This document shows, piece after piece, positions 33,211-41,820 of a stretch of 64,000 nucleotides of DNA. Position 1 is the first letter of the stretch. The number at the start of each line of letters is the position of its first letter. The position numbers were made by a program, and so were the translations under genes. The DNA lies in assembly GCA_016213695.1 (NCBI GenBank), contig JACQZV010000002.1:770-64769 (forward strand), read 5' to 3'. The notes beneath the pieces are model-generated. The model was not told the origin of the DNA, made no database searches, and saw nothing but the letters and a program-made list of their open reading frames with translations. This DNA comes from Acidobacteriota bacterium (GTDB lineage Bacteria; Acidobacteriota; Vicinamibacteria; Vicinamibacterales; UBA2999).

Positions 33211-34698
33211 ATGTTCCGCCGCCTGTTGATCGCCAATCGCGGTGAGATCGCCGTGCGCATCATCCGCGCCTGCCGCGAGCTGGGCATCGAGTCGGTCGCC
33301 GTCTATTCCGACGCCGACGCCCGCGCGCCGCACGTCGCGCTGGCCGATCGCGCGCTGCGCATCGGCCCGCCGCCGCCGCTCCAGAGCTATCTCGCCGTCG
33401 AGGCCGTGCTCGGAGCCGCGCGCGAGAGCGGCGCCGACGCCGTTCACCCCGGCTACGGGTTCCTCGCCGAGAACGCCCGCTTCGCCGCCGCGTGCGTGGA
33501 GGCCGGGCTGGTGTTCGTCGGGCCGCCGGCTGCAGTGATCGCGCGCCTCGGGTCGAAAATTGCCGCGCGCCAGGTCGCGGCCGAGGCCGGCATTCCGGTC
33601 GTACCCGGGGCGATTCCGGCCGACCAGCGCGACGAGACGATCGCGCTGGCCGCACGCCGAGTCGGCTTTCCCGTCCTCATCAAGCCCGCCGAGGGGGGCG
33701 GCGGCATCGGCATGAAGGCCGTGCACGACGAGGCGACGCTGGGGGCCGCGACGGCACAGGCGCGCCGCGAAGCCACCGCCGCATTCGGCGACGGCACGCT
33801 GTACGTCGAGCGTCTCATCGAGCGCCCGCGCCATGTCGAACTGCAGGTCCTCGTGGATCACGACGGCCGCGTGGTGCACCTGTTCGAACGCGAATGCTCC
33901 TTGCAGCGCCGGCATCAGAAGATCGTCGAGGAATCCCCGTCCACCGCGCTCACGCCGCGCCTGCGCGCGCGCATGGGAGAGGCGGCGGTCGCGCTTGCGC
34001 GCGCCCCCGCGTACCGCAATGCCGGCACCGTGGAGTTTCTGCTCGACGGCGCCGGGGATGACGCCCGCTTCTACTTCCTCGAGATGAACACGCGCCTCCA
34101 GGTGGAGCACCCTGTCACCGAGCAGGTCACCGGCATCGACATTGTCCAGGCACAGATCGCCATCGCCGCCGGGGAGCCGCTTCCGTGGTCGCAGGACGAG
34201 ATCACGCAGCGCGGCCACGCGATTGAGGTCCGGGTGTATGCGGAGGACCCCGCGCACAACGACCTGCCACAGGCGGGGCCGCTCCTGCTCTACCGCGAGC
34301 CCACGCTGCCGGGCGTGCGCATCGACAGCGGCGTCGTCGAAGGCGGCGACATCCCGGTGCAGTACGACCCGCTCATCGCGAAGCTGGTCGCATGGGCTGA
34401 CACGCGCGAGGCCGCGCGGCGCCGCGCCCTGGCCGCCCTCCGCACCTGTCCGATTCTGGGTGTGAAGACCAACATCCCGTTCCTGATTGCGCTGCTCGAG
34501 CACCCGCGGGTGGTCGCCGGAGCGATCGATACGGGACTCGTGAACGAGGAACGCAGGGCGCTGCTCGACCGGTCGACCGGCGACCCGCCGCCGGAGGCCG
34601 TGGCCGTGGCGATGGCGGCTTCGGACGCGCCGCAGACACGCCCAGCGCCCCACGGGGCGGTCGATCCGTGGGTCAGGCTGCGAGGCTGGCGTGGCTGA
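33211..34698 (+). CDS. biotin carboxylase subunit (ATP-grasp) lacking a biotinyl domain
   Basis: 495 aa. Contains LLIANRGEIAVRIIRA, HPGYGFLAEN, EMNTRLQVEHPVTE and KIIEE-like HQKIVEESP. Confidence 0.9.
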   Translation: MFRRLLIANRGEIAVRIIRACRELGIESVAVYSDADARAPHVALADRALRIGPPPPLQSYLAVEAVLGAARESGADAVHPGYGFLAENARFAAACVEAGLVFVGPPAAVIARLGSKIAARQVAAEAGIPVVPGAIPADQRDETIALAARRVGFPVLIKPAEGGGGIGMKAVHDEATLGAATAQARREATAAFGDGTLYVERLIERPRHVELQVLVDHDGRVVHLFERECSLQRRHQKIVEESPSTALTPRLRARMGEAAVALARAPAYRNAGTVEFLLDGAGDDARFYFLEMNTRLQVEHPVTEQVTGIDIVQAQIAIAAGEPLPWSQDEITQRGHAIEVRVYAEDPAHNDLPQAGPLLLYREPTLPGVRIDSGVVEGGDIPVQYDPLIAKLVAWADTREAARRRALAALRTCPILGVKTNIPFLIALLEHPRVVAGAIDTGLVNEERRALLDRSTGDPPPEAVAVAMAASDAPQTRPAPHGAVDPWVRLRGWRG

Positions 34699-35101
34699 CC
34701 GGCCCTGCGACATCACCGATCTTGGGAACGGGCGCTACCGCGTGTCAGACGCCGCGCGGCAGCGTCTCGCGCACGCGGCAGGCCCCCCGGAGGCGCGCTG
34801 GGTCTTTCTCGACGGTCGTGTCTACGTCATCGACACCCGCGGCCCGGCACCCGCCGCCGCGGGCGCGCGCGGCCGGGCGCACGACGACGAGATGGCGCTG
34901 GCATCGCCGATGCCCGCGACCGTCGCCGCGATCCATGTCACGGTGGGACAGACCGTCGCGCAGGGCGACCTGCTCGTGATGCTCGAGGCGATGAAGATGG
35001 AACTTCCCATCACGGCGCCGCGCGACGGACGAGTCAGGGTCGTCCGGTGCGCACCCGGAGAGCTGGTGCAGCCGGGCGTGGCGCTGGTCGAGCTGGAGTG
35101 A
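34691..35101 (+). CDS. biotinyl/lipoyl-carrier domain protein (BCCP-like)
   Basis: 136 aa with the LVMLEAMKMELPITAP (AMKM) biotinylation motif. The GTG start overlaps the upstream TGA (GTGGCTGA). Confidence 0.8.
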   Translation: MADRPCDITDLGNGRYRVSDAARQRLAHAAGPPEARWVFLDGRVYVIDTRGPAPAAAGARGRAHDDEMALASPMPATVAAIHVTVGQTVAQGDLLVMLEAMKMELPITAPRDGRVRVVRCAPGELVQPGVALVELE

Positions 35102-35145
35102 CACGCCGGCGCCAGACCGGCCGGCCGATTCTGTAGGATCCACCG

Positions 35146-35538
35146 ATGCCGGTCCTCACCGGGATTGAACCGACCGCCCGGGATCTCGACGACATCGTCG
35201 ACCACCTGCGCCGGTCGTGGACGGCGACGATGACCGTGCGCCGGCAGTCGGGCGAGGACGTCGGCTATCGCGAAATCTTCGTCTCGCTCGACGGCGAGCG
35301 GATCGGCATGCTGCAGCACGGCGACGCGATGACCAGAGACATCGAGCCGGGCACCCATCGCCTGCAGGCGCACAACACGCTGTTCTGGAAGACGCTCGAG
35401 TTCACGGTCGGCGCGGGCGAGCATGCGACCTTCCGCGCGGCCAACACCGCCGGCTGGGGCACCTATTCGGTGTGGGCGCTCCTCATCGGCTTTCTGGGCG
35501 CCGGACCGCTCTACGTCTCGCTCGAGCGGCAAACCTGA
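35146..35538 (+). CDS. hypothetical protein with a C-terminal hydrophobic helix
   Basis: 130 aa with an ATG start. The C-terminal segment WGTYSVWALLIGFLGAGPLYV is hydrophobic. I recognised no family motif. Confidence 0.5.
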   Translation: MPVLTGIEPTARDLDDIVDHLRRSWTATMTVRRQSGEDVGYREIFVSLDGERIGMLQHGDAMTRDIEPGTHRLQAHNTLFWKTLEFTVGAGEHATFRAANTAGWGTYSVWALLIGFLGAGPLYVSLERQT

Positions 35539-35624
35539 TCAGAAGCTTGACACTGCTTCGCTCGCTCCCGATGAGCGCGATCGAGACCATTCAGCGGTTC
35601 ATCGAGCAGCACGAGTGAGTCTCC

Positions 35625-35652
35625 CCGCCCGAGAGGGCGGCGCCGTGCTTTT
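35625..35652 (+). terminator. weak intrinsic-terminator-like hairpin (CCGCCC-GAGA-GGGCGG ... CTTTT)
   Basis: A 6-bp GC stem with a tetraloop is followed 9 nt later by a T4 run. It sits just after a 15-codon mini-ORF (35572-35619). Confidence 0.3.
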
Positions 35653-35764
35653 CCGGAAGGAGTGCAGAACACCACGGGTGGGCGTTCATCCAAATCCTTC
35701 GAAAAGCCGATAAGTATCGCGAAGCCCTGACTCTTTCGGTAATCCAGGAGGCAATCGCCAGCTC

Positions 35765-37114
35765 ATGAGTCGAGTGTCCAGGCTGCTCCTGTTACTGCTG
35801 GCGATGCTCTGCGTGCTGGGCATCTGGTGGCCCCAACCGGGTGGGGCGATGTTCCAATGGCTCCCAGGCAGCAGCGACGCCGGCAATGACGCCATCCGCT
35901 ACCGTACTGGCATTCCCTCTGACGCCGTCGCGCGCCTGCAGCGCAGGATTGACGCGGGTACGACCGAGTTGCAATTCGACGCGAAGGGCGGATATCTGGA
36001 CTCGGTACTGCAGGAGCTGAAGATTCCCGTCTCTTCTCAGACGCTTGTCTTTTCCAAGACCAGCGGGCAACGCGAACTCATTTCGCCTGCGAGGCCCCGG
36101 GCTCTGTACTTTCATCACGACGTCTACGTGGGCTGGGTGCAGGGCGGCCGAGCGCTCGAGATCGCCTCAATGGACCCGAATCTGGGTGCGGTCTTTTACA
36201 CGCTCAGCCAGGAGAAGACGGCACAACCCACGTTCCAGCGCCAGACGCAGGCCTGCCTCCAGTGTCACGATTCTCCATCGCTCACGAGCGGCGTGCCTGG
36301 CTTGATCGTGAAATCCGTGTATCCGGACAAGGATGGCGAGCCGATCGTCTCGGCCGGGACATTCGTGACGAGCGACCAGAGTCCGCTGAAGGAACGCTGG
36401 GGGGGATGGTACGTGACAGGCACGCACGGCACACAGGTCCACATGGGCAACGCGATCGCCGACGACACCCAGGGCGCCCCCCATCTCAACCTGATGGGCG
36501 GCGCCAACGTCACCGACTTGAGCACGCGAATCGACACGCAGCCATACCTGAGCGCGCACAGCGACATCGTTGCCTTGATGGTGCTCGAACACCAGAGCCG
36601 GGTGCACAACCTGATCACTCGAGCGAGCTACCGTGCGCGCATGGCGCTGTACTTCGATGAGGTGCGGAACACGGAGCTGAGGCGGAGCGCGGGGTATCTC
36701 CCTGACAGCACCCTTGGCCTCGTCCGACGCGAGGCCGAACCGCTCGTACGGGCGATGCTCTTCGTCGAGGAGGCGCCGCTGACCGAGCCTGTGTCCGGAA
36801 CATCCGGTTTCTCGAGGGACTTCGCCAGCCAGGGACCGCGAGATCACAAGGGTCGTTCTCTTCTGGACCTGGACCTCACGCAGAGGCTCTTTCGGTATCC
36901 GTGCAGCTACCTGATCTACTCGGAATCGTTCGACGCGCTGCCCGTCCCTGTCAAGGACTACGTGTACCGCCGGCTGTGGGACGTGCTGAGCGGCGAAGAC
37001 GCGAGCAACGGGTTCGCGCACCTGTCGCGTGGCGATCGAACGGCCATCATGGATATTCTCCTGGAGACCAAGCCTGATTTCGCAGCGTGGCGCACGACGC
37101 ACGCGTCACGGTGA
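35765..37114 (+). CDS. secreted/membrane-anchored protein with a single CxxCH haem-c motif
   Basis: 449 aa. The N-terminal hydrophobic segment is LLLLLLAMLCVLGIWW. It contains ACLQCHD (CxxCH). AT-ending codons are visibly more frequent than in flanking genes. Confidence 0.65.
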   Translation: MSRVSRLLLLLLAMLCVLGIWWPQPGGAMFQWLPGSSDAGNDAIRYRTGIPSDAVARLQRRIDAGTTELQFDAKGGYLDSVLQELKIPVSSQTLVFSKTSGQRELISPARPRALYFHHDVYVGWVQGGRALEIASMDPNLGAVFYTLSQEKTAQPTFQRQTQACLQCHDSPSLTSGVPGLIVKSVYPDKDGEPIVSAGTFVTSDQSPLKERWGGWYVTGTHGTQVHMGNAIADDTQGAPHLNLMGGANVTDLSTRIDTQPYLSAHSDIVALMVLEHQSRVHNLITRASYRARMALYFDEVRNTELRRSAGYLPDSTLGLVRREAEPLVRAMLFVEEAPLTEPVSGTSGFSRDFASQGPRDHKGRSLLDLDLTQRLFRYPCSYLIYSESFDALPVPVKDYVYRRLWDVLSGEDASNGFAHLSRGDRTAIMDILLETKPDFAAWRTTHASR

Positions 37115-37136
37115 GTGTGTGTTGGAGGGACAGAAC

Positions 37137-39356
37137 ATGCGAACTGCACAAGACATGCGATCGGCCCTGGTCGTATCCCTTTGCGCCGTTATCTGCCTTT
37201 CGGTGCCGTTCCAGCGCCCCGTCAGCGGGCAGGCGACGGCCTGGGTACGGACAGGCGGCCCCTCCGGCGGGATCGGGTATGACATCAGAGCGCGTCCGGA
37301 CAATCCGGATGTCATGTATGTCACGGATGCGCTCGCCGGCGTGCACAAGAGTGACAACGGCGGTCTGACCTGGAGGAGCATCAATCAAGGCATCGACGCA
37401 CGCCAGGGCCCTTCAAACGACCAGATCCCGGCATTCTGCATCACGATCGATCCGAACAATCCGAATGTGCTCTGGGTCGGCGTGCAGGAACTGAGCGGCG
37501 TCTACCGTTCCCAAGATGGGGGCACCACGTGGGACAAACGCACGAACGGCATCGTGGAACCGTTCGGCCTGACGGTGCGCGGCATCACCGTGCAGCCCGG
37601 CAACTCGAACGTCGTGTACGCCGCCGGCGAGATCGGCAGCGTCAATTGGGCGGGGCGCCAGATCGATGGCAAGTTCTTCGACCTGGTACGGGGTGTCGTG
37701 TACAAGTCCAGCGACGGCGGACAGAATTGGCGGGCCGTCTGGCGTGGCGACAACCTGGCGCGGTACGTGATCCTCGATCCCACCAGTCCAGACACCGTGT
37801 ACGTATCGACTGGGATATTCGATCGAGAGGCTGCCAATTCCCGGGCGGAATTCAACGAGGCTGGTGGCGTCGGCATCCTGAAGAGCACCAACGGCGGCGC
37901 GTCCTGGACCACGATCAACGACGGTCTGCGCAATCTGTACGTCGGGTCGCTCTTCATGCATCCTCGGGATCCGAAAACGCTCCTGGCGGGCACCGGCAAC
38001 GAGGCCTATCCCGATGGCGGCGGTATCTATCTGACAACCGACGGCGGGACCACGTGGCAACAGCGGGACGGAGAGGCCATTACGTCCGTGGAGTTCTCGA
38101 CGAACAATCCCGATATTGCCTACGCGTCTGGCAGCCGGGAGTTCTACCGCAGTAGTGATGGGGGGCAGACGTGGCGTGCCTACCTCAATCGCAACGGGCA
38201 ATCATGGGGACCCGCCGGCATCCTGACCGGATTTCCGATCGACTTTCAGGTCGATCCGCGCGATTCACTGCGACTCTTCGTGAACAACTACGGTGGCGGC
38301 AACTTTCTTACCACGGACGGCGGGGCATCCTGGGCTCTGGCGAGCACCGGCTACACCGGCGCAGAGGTGAGGGACGTGGCCGTGAGTCGTCAGAATCCGG
38401 CCGTGATTTACGCCAATACCAAGAGCGGTCCGTTCAAGAGCACAGACGGGGGACAGTCGTGGGCCGGCATCAACCCTGTCGAGCTGCGGTCGGTCAGTGA
38501 AGGCGCGCGGGTCGCCGTCGATCCGGAGGATCACAACCACGTGTTGATGTCCTCGGCCCATCAGGGTTTGACGTACGAGAGTCTGGATGGCGGAAGCACC
38601 TGGCGGCTCGTGACGGACTATGACGAGGAGCTGCGGGGCCTGTCCCCGGCCAATCGCTTCCAGCAGGGCATGCAGGTGTTTGCGTTTGCCCCGTCATGGC
38701 GCCTGAAAGTGTACGGCGGGTTCGGATATCAGGGGTGTGTCCTGTTGCTGGAGGCCTGCGACACGCCGACGATCGTCGGCGTGCTGACGTCTGAGGACGG
38801 TGGCTCCACGTGGGTGCGTCGAACGGGAACCGGTTTCGACACCATGACGGTTCCGGCGATCGCCGTACACCCCAGGGACCGCGACACCGCATGGGCCGGA
38901 ACGATGGGCAGAGGCGTCTTCAAGACGACCGACGGCGGGAGCCGCTGGACCGCGGCGTCGACTGGCCTGGCGGACCTGAACGTCGAATCGCTCGCGTCCG
39001 ATCCGACACGTCCCGAGATTCTGTACGCAGGCACGTCCTCCAGAGGTCTCTTCAAGAGCCGCGACGGTGGCGTGACATGGGCGGCCAGCAGTACGGGCAT
39101 GAAAGCCAACGAGGAGATCAAAGCCATCACGGTGAATCCCAGCCAGCCCGATGTCGTGTACGCCGGTTCCTATGCCTCTGGTGTCTATGCGAGCACGAAC
39201 GGCGGCGCGTCATGGGTGCTGACGAACGCCGGTCTCCGCAACCGTGCCATTCGTGCCCTTACGATTTCGGCAGACGGACGTGTTCTCTATGCGGGAACCT
39301 TCGGTGAAGGGGTCTTTCGCCTGGGAGCTGTTTCGGGCGCCGCCACATCACGCTGA
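37137..39356 (+). CDS. BNR/Asp-box repeat protein (two-propeller, GH74/sortilin-VPS10-like architecture)
   Basis: 739 aa with a GGAGGG Shine-Dalgarno and a signal peptide. It carries 13 SxDxGxTW-type Asp boxes (SDNGGLTW, SQDGGTTW, SSDGGQNW, STNGGASW, TTDGGTTW, SSDGGQTW, TTDGGASW, STDGGQSW, SLDGGSTW, SEDGGSTW, TTDGGSRW, SRDGGVTW, STNGGASW). Confidence 0.8.
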   Translation: MRTAQDMRSALVVSLCAVICLSVPFQRPVSGQATAWVRTGGPSGGIGYDIRARPDNPDVMYVTDALAGVHKSDNGGLTWRSINQGIDARQGPSNDQIPAFCITIDPNNPNVLWVGVQELSGVYRSQDGGTTWDKRTNGIVEPFGLTVRGITVQPGNSNVVYAAGEIGSVNWAGRQIDGKFFDLVRGVVYKSSDGGQNWRAVWRGDNLARYVILDPTSPDTVYVSTGIFDREAANSRAEFNEAGGVGILKSTNGGASWTTINDGLRNLYVGSLFMHPRDPKTLLAGTGNEAYPDGGGIYLTTDGGTTWQQRDGEAITSVEFSTNNPDIAYASGSREFYRSSDGGQTWRAYLNRNGQSWGPAGILTGFPIDFQVDPRDSLRLFVNNYGGGNFLTTDGGASWALASTGYTGAEVRDVAVSRQNPAVIYANTKSGPFKSTDGGQSWAGINPVELRSVSEGARVAVDPEDHNHVLMSSAHQGLTYESLDGGSTWRLVTDYDEELRGLSPANRFQQGMQVFAFAPSWRLKVYGGFGYQGCVLLLEACDTPTIVGVLTSEDGGSTWVRRTGTGFDTMTVPAIAVHPRDRDTAWAGTMGRGVFKTTDGGSRWTAASTGLADLNVESLASDPTRPEILYAGTSSRGLFKSRDGGVTWAASSTGMKANEEIKAITVNPSQPDVVYAGSYASGVYASTNGGASWVLTNAGLRNRAIRALTISADGRVLYAGTFGEGVFRLGAVSGAATSR

Positions 39357-39614
39357 CGTCCGGCGGGACACCACCGCGTTTCCGAGAAGGGCCCCCGCCT
39401 CTCACGCAGTTGCGGATATCGGCACCTCGGTCATGACGTTTGCCGGGTTGCGATGGCATCGACTGACGCCCGTATTGACACTGACCGGAGGATGGCCTGG
39501 TGGTCCGAACGGTCCGCCAGATGTGCAATACTCACATCCTCATTTCGGCCGCTCCGCCTTCGCGCGCGCCGCGCGCGCCGGCCGGACCGGCCCCTACATC
39601 GGAGCAGACAACAG

Positions 39615-40058
39615 ATGGCTACCTTCGTGCGACACGCTGATGTGGACTGGACCGGGACGCTCATGGACGGCAACGGCACCGCCAAAGCGGGCACCGGCGC
39701 ATTTTCGGTGCCGGTGACGTTTCCGAGCCGTATCGCCCCTGAAGGCGACGGCAAGACGACGCCCGAGGAATTCATGGCGGCGTCGCACGCCGTCTGTTAC
39801 GGGATGGTGCTGGTCAACACGATTGGCAAGCAGGGCGGCAAGGCGCGCCGCGTGCGCGTGACCGCCACCGTCACCGGCGACAAGAGCGACGCCGGCCTCA
39901 AGGTCGTCTCGTCGCACCTCAAGGCCGTCGTCGAAGGCCTGGAAGGCATCGACCGCGCGAAACTGGGGGAACTGGCGAGCGGCGCCGAGAAGGGCTGCCC
40001 GATCTCGAACGCCATCCGCGGATCGGTCGCGATTACCGTGGAGGCGCAGGCGGTCTAG
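39615..40058 (+). CDS. osmC: OsmC family peroxiredoxin
   Basis: 147 aa. The two conserved Cys contexts are HAVCYGM and EKGCPISNAI. The start ATG is preceded by GGAG. Confidence 0.8.
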   Translation: MATFVRHADVDWTGTLMDGNGTAKAGTGAFSVPVTFPSRIAPEGDGKTTPEEFMAASHAVCYGMVLVNTIGKQGGKARRVRVTATVTGDKSDAGLKVVSSHLKAVVEGLEGIDRAKLGELASGAEKGCPISNAIRGSVAITVEAQAV

Positions 40059-40535
40059 CTATTTCTTCTCGCCCTCAGCCTGCATCGACAGGTAGCGCTC
40101 GTAGCCCATCTCCTTGATCATGTGGAGCTGGGCCTCGAGCCAGTCGACGTGCTCCTCTTCGTCCTTGAGGAGCGTCGAGAACAGCTCGCGCGACGCGTCG
40201 TCGCCCTGCTCGCGTGACACGCGGATCGCCTTGTTGTACATGGCGACCGCGTTCACCTCGAGCTTGTAGTCGGACTCGATCTGCGCGCGCACGCTGTCGC
40301 CGACATTGAGCGCGAGCGGCTCCATCTTGGGCGTGCCGTCGAGGAACAGGACGCGCTCGATCAGCGCCTCGGCGTGCTTCATCTCGTCGATCGCCTGCTT
40401 GCGGATGTACGACCCGAGCCCGTGGTACCCCCAGTTGTGGCACATCTCCGCGTGGACGAAATACTGGTTGATCGCGGTCAGCTCCTCGCGAAGCGCCTCG
40501 TTCAGCTCAGCTATGACCTTGTCGTTACCGCGCAT
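40059..40535 (-). CDS. bfr: bacterioferritin
   Basis: 158 aa. Contains LNEALREELTAINQYFVHAEM, AIDEMKHAEALIERVLFLDG (haem-ligand Met context) and EEEHVDWLEAQL. The Shine-Dalgarno is AAGGAGG. Confidence 0.9.
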   Translation of the reverse strand: MRGNDKVIAELNEALREELTAINQYFVHAEMCHNWGYHGLGSYIRKQAIDEMKHAEALIERVLFLDGTPKMEPLALNVGDSVRAQIESDYKLEVNAVAMYNKAIRVSREQGDDASRELFSTLLKDEEEHVDWLEAQLHMIKEMGYERYLSMQAEGEKK

Positions 40536-40563
40536 GCGACCTCCTTGCGCCACCCGCCGGGGT

Positions 40564-40588
40564 GCACGCACGATCGGATCGTACGTGC
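40564..40588. promoter_or_regulatory. 25-nt near-perfect palindrome GCACGCACGATC-G-GATCGTACGTGC upstream of bfr
   Basis: 11 of 12 arm positions are complementary. It lies 30-50 nt upstream of the bfr start and downstream of the preceding co-directional gene, so it could be an operator or a stem-loop. Confidence 0.25.
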
Positions 40589-40667
40589 GTCGAGTGCGAT
40601 CAGGCAAGCGAAACACGCCACGGACCGCACCTTGCGTTCGAGACTCAATCTCAGACGCCGCGCGCCA

Positions 40668-41222
40668 TCATTTGATTCTGACGATGCACTCCGCCAGAAA
40701 GCCGAGTGCTTCCCCGGGGCGACAGAGGGGTGGCCGGTAGAACGTGAGCAGCCGCCCGCAGATGATCACCGCGGTCCAGAAGATGAGCGACAGCGCGCCG
40801 CTGATCTTCACGGCTCCCGGCGCCGCCCCCGCCGCGGGGCGGTCGACGTGGCGGAACATCGTCAGGTAGAAGACGAGGACGTTCACTCCGGCGAGCGCGA
40901 TGAACAGCAGCTTGAAATGGAACGCGGGGTTGTAGATGTACTGATCGGGCTGGGCCAGCAGGAACATCGATCCGCTCGCCATATTGATCGCGAAGCCCAG
41001 CACGGCGAACGGCACCAGCCGGTGGAAGGCTGCGATCGGCACCGTGCGCGCCAGCCCCAGCAGGCGCAGGTCCCACACGACGATGCAGCCGAAGAGCAGC
41101 GTGAGCCCGATGAAGTGCACGCTCTCGACCGCCGGCCAGCCCCACAGCGTCTCCATGAACATGCGCACCGCCGGCGCCTGCCGGAACATGCGCTCGAGCC
41201 AGAGCTGATACGGGCCCATCAT
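40668..41222 (-). CDS. multi-pass membrane protein of unknown function (paralog B)
   Basis: 184 aa and hydrophobic. It shares DLRxLGLA..VP.A.F.R..P...G...N..SG...L...P....NP.F..KL with the upstream gene. The ATG overlaps the upstream TGA (ATGA). Confidence 0.6.
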   Translation of the reverse strand: MMGPYQLWLERMFRQAPAVRMFMETLWGWPAVESVHFIGLTLLFGCIVVWDLRLLGLARTVPIAAFHRLVPFAVLGFAINMASGSMFLLAQPDQYIYNPAFHFKLLFIALAGVNVLVFYLTMFRHVDRPAAGAAPGAVKISGALSLIFWTAVIICGRLLTFYRPPLCRPGEALGFLAECIVRIK

Positions 41223-41698
41223 CGCGGCACCGAGAGGGCGTCCAGCCGCGTATACGTGTACGCGAGCAGGCGGCCCGCGGTGATGGCGGCGGCCCAGCAG
41301 AGAAGCGAGAGGATGGCGAGGGCCTTCGCGGTGTCGGGCCGCGGGCGGCGGATTGCCCGGGCAATGACGAGCGCGACGGCAATCAGCGTCAGCTTGAGAT
41401 AGAACACCGGGTTCGTCAGCGCTTTCGTTGGATACCCGATGAGGAGCGCCACGCCCGACAGGACGTTCACCACCAGGCCGAACCACATCACCGGCAGGAA
41501 GCGATCGAATTCAGCCACCGGAACCCGCGGCGCCAGCCCGAGCCGCCGCAGGTCGTGCGCCACATCGACCCCGGCGAGCAGCCCGAGTCCGATCGTGTGC
41601 GCCGCCAGGATCAGCGGAAAGGCGAACAGCGACGGCGACTCGCGCATCCAGATGCTGAACGTCGTCGCCTCGAGCCATAGAAAGAAGGGATCGAACAC
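41219..41698 (-). CDS. multi-pass membrane protein of unknown function (paralog A)
   Basis: 159 aa with four predicted helices. It is a paralog of the downstream gene. Confidence 0.6.
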   Translation of the reverse strand: MFDPFFLWLEATTFSIWMRESPSLFAFPLILAAHTIGLGLLAGVDVAHDLRRLGLAPRVPVAEFDRFLPVMWFGLVVNVLSGVALLIGYPTKALTNPVFYLKLTLIAVALVIARAIRRPRPDTAKALAILSLLCWAAAITAGRLLAYTYTRLDALSVPR

Positions 41699-41770
41699 GG
41701 CGGGATGCTATACCGTCCTGGTGGCGCGGAAAAGGGGCTGCGAGAGCCGCGGCCCCGGCACGGTTCGCGT

Positions 41771-41786
41771 TGGCACGATATACGCA
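41771..41786 (+). promoter_or_regulatory. sigma-54-type promoter candidate TGGCACG-N4-ACGCA
   Basis: TGGCACGATATACGCA has GG and GC at the canonical -24/-12 spacing. It matches the consensus TGGCACG-N4-TTGCW except for the two Ts. It lies 35 nt upstream of ATG 41821. Confidence 0.35.
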
Positions 41787-41820
41787 CGGTGTGCCGTAGA
41801 ATCAATGTGACGGGGCTCCT

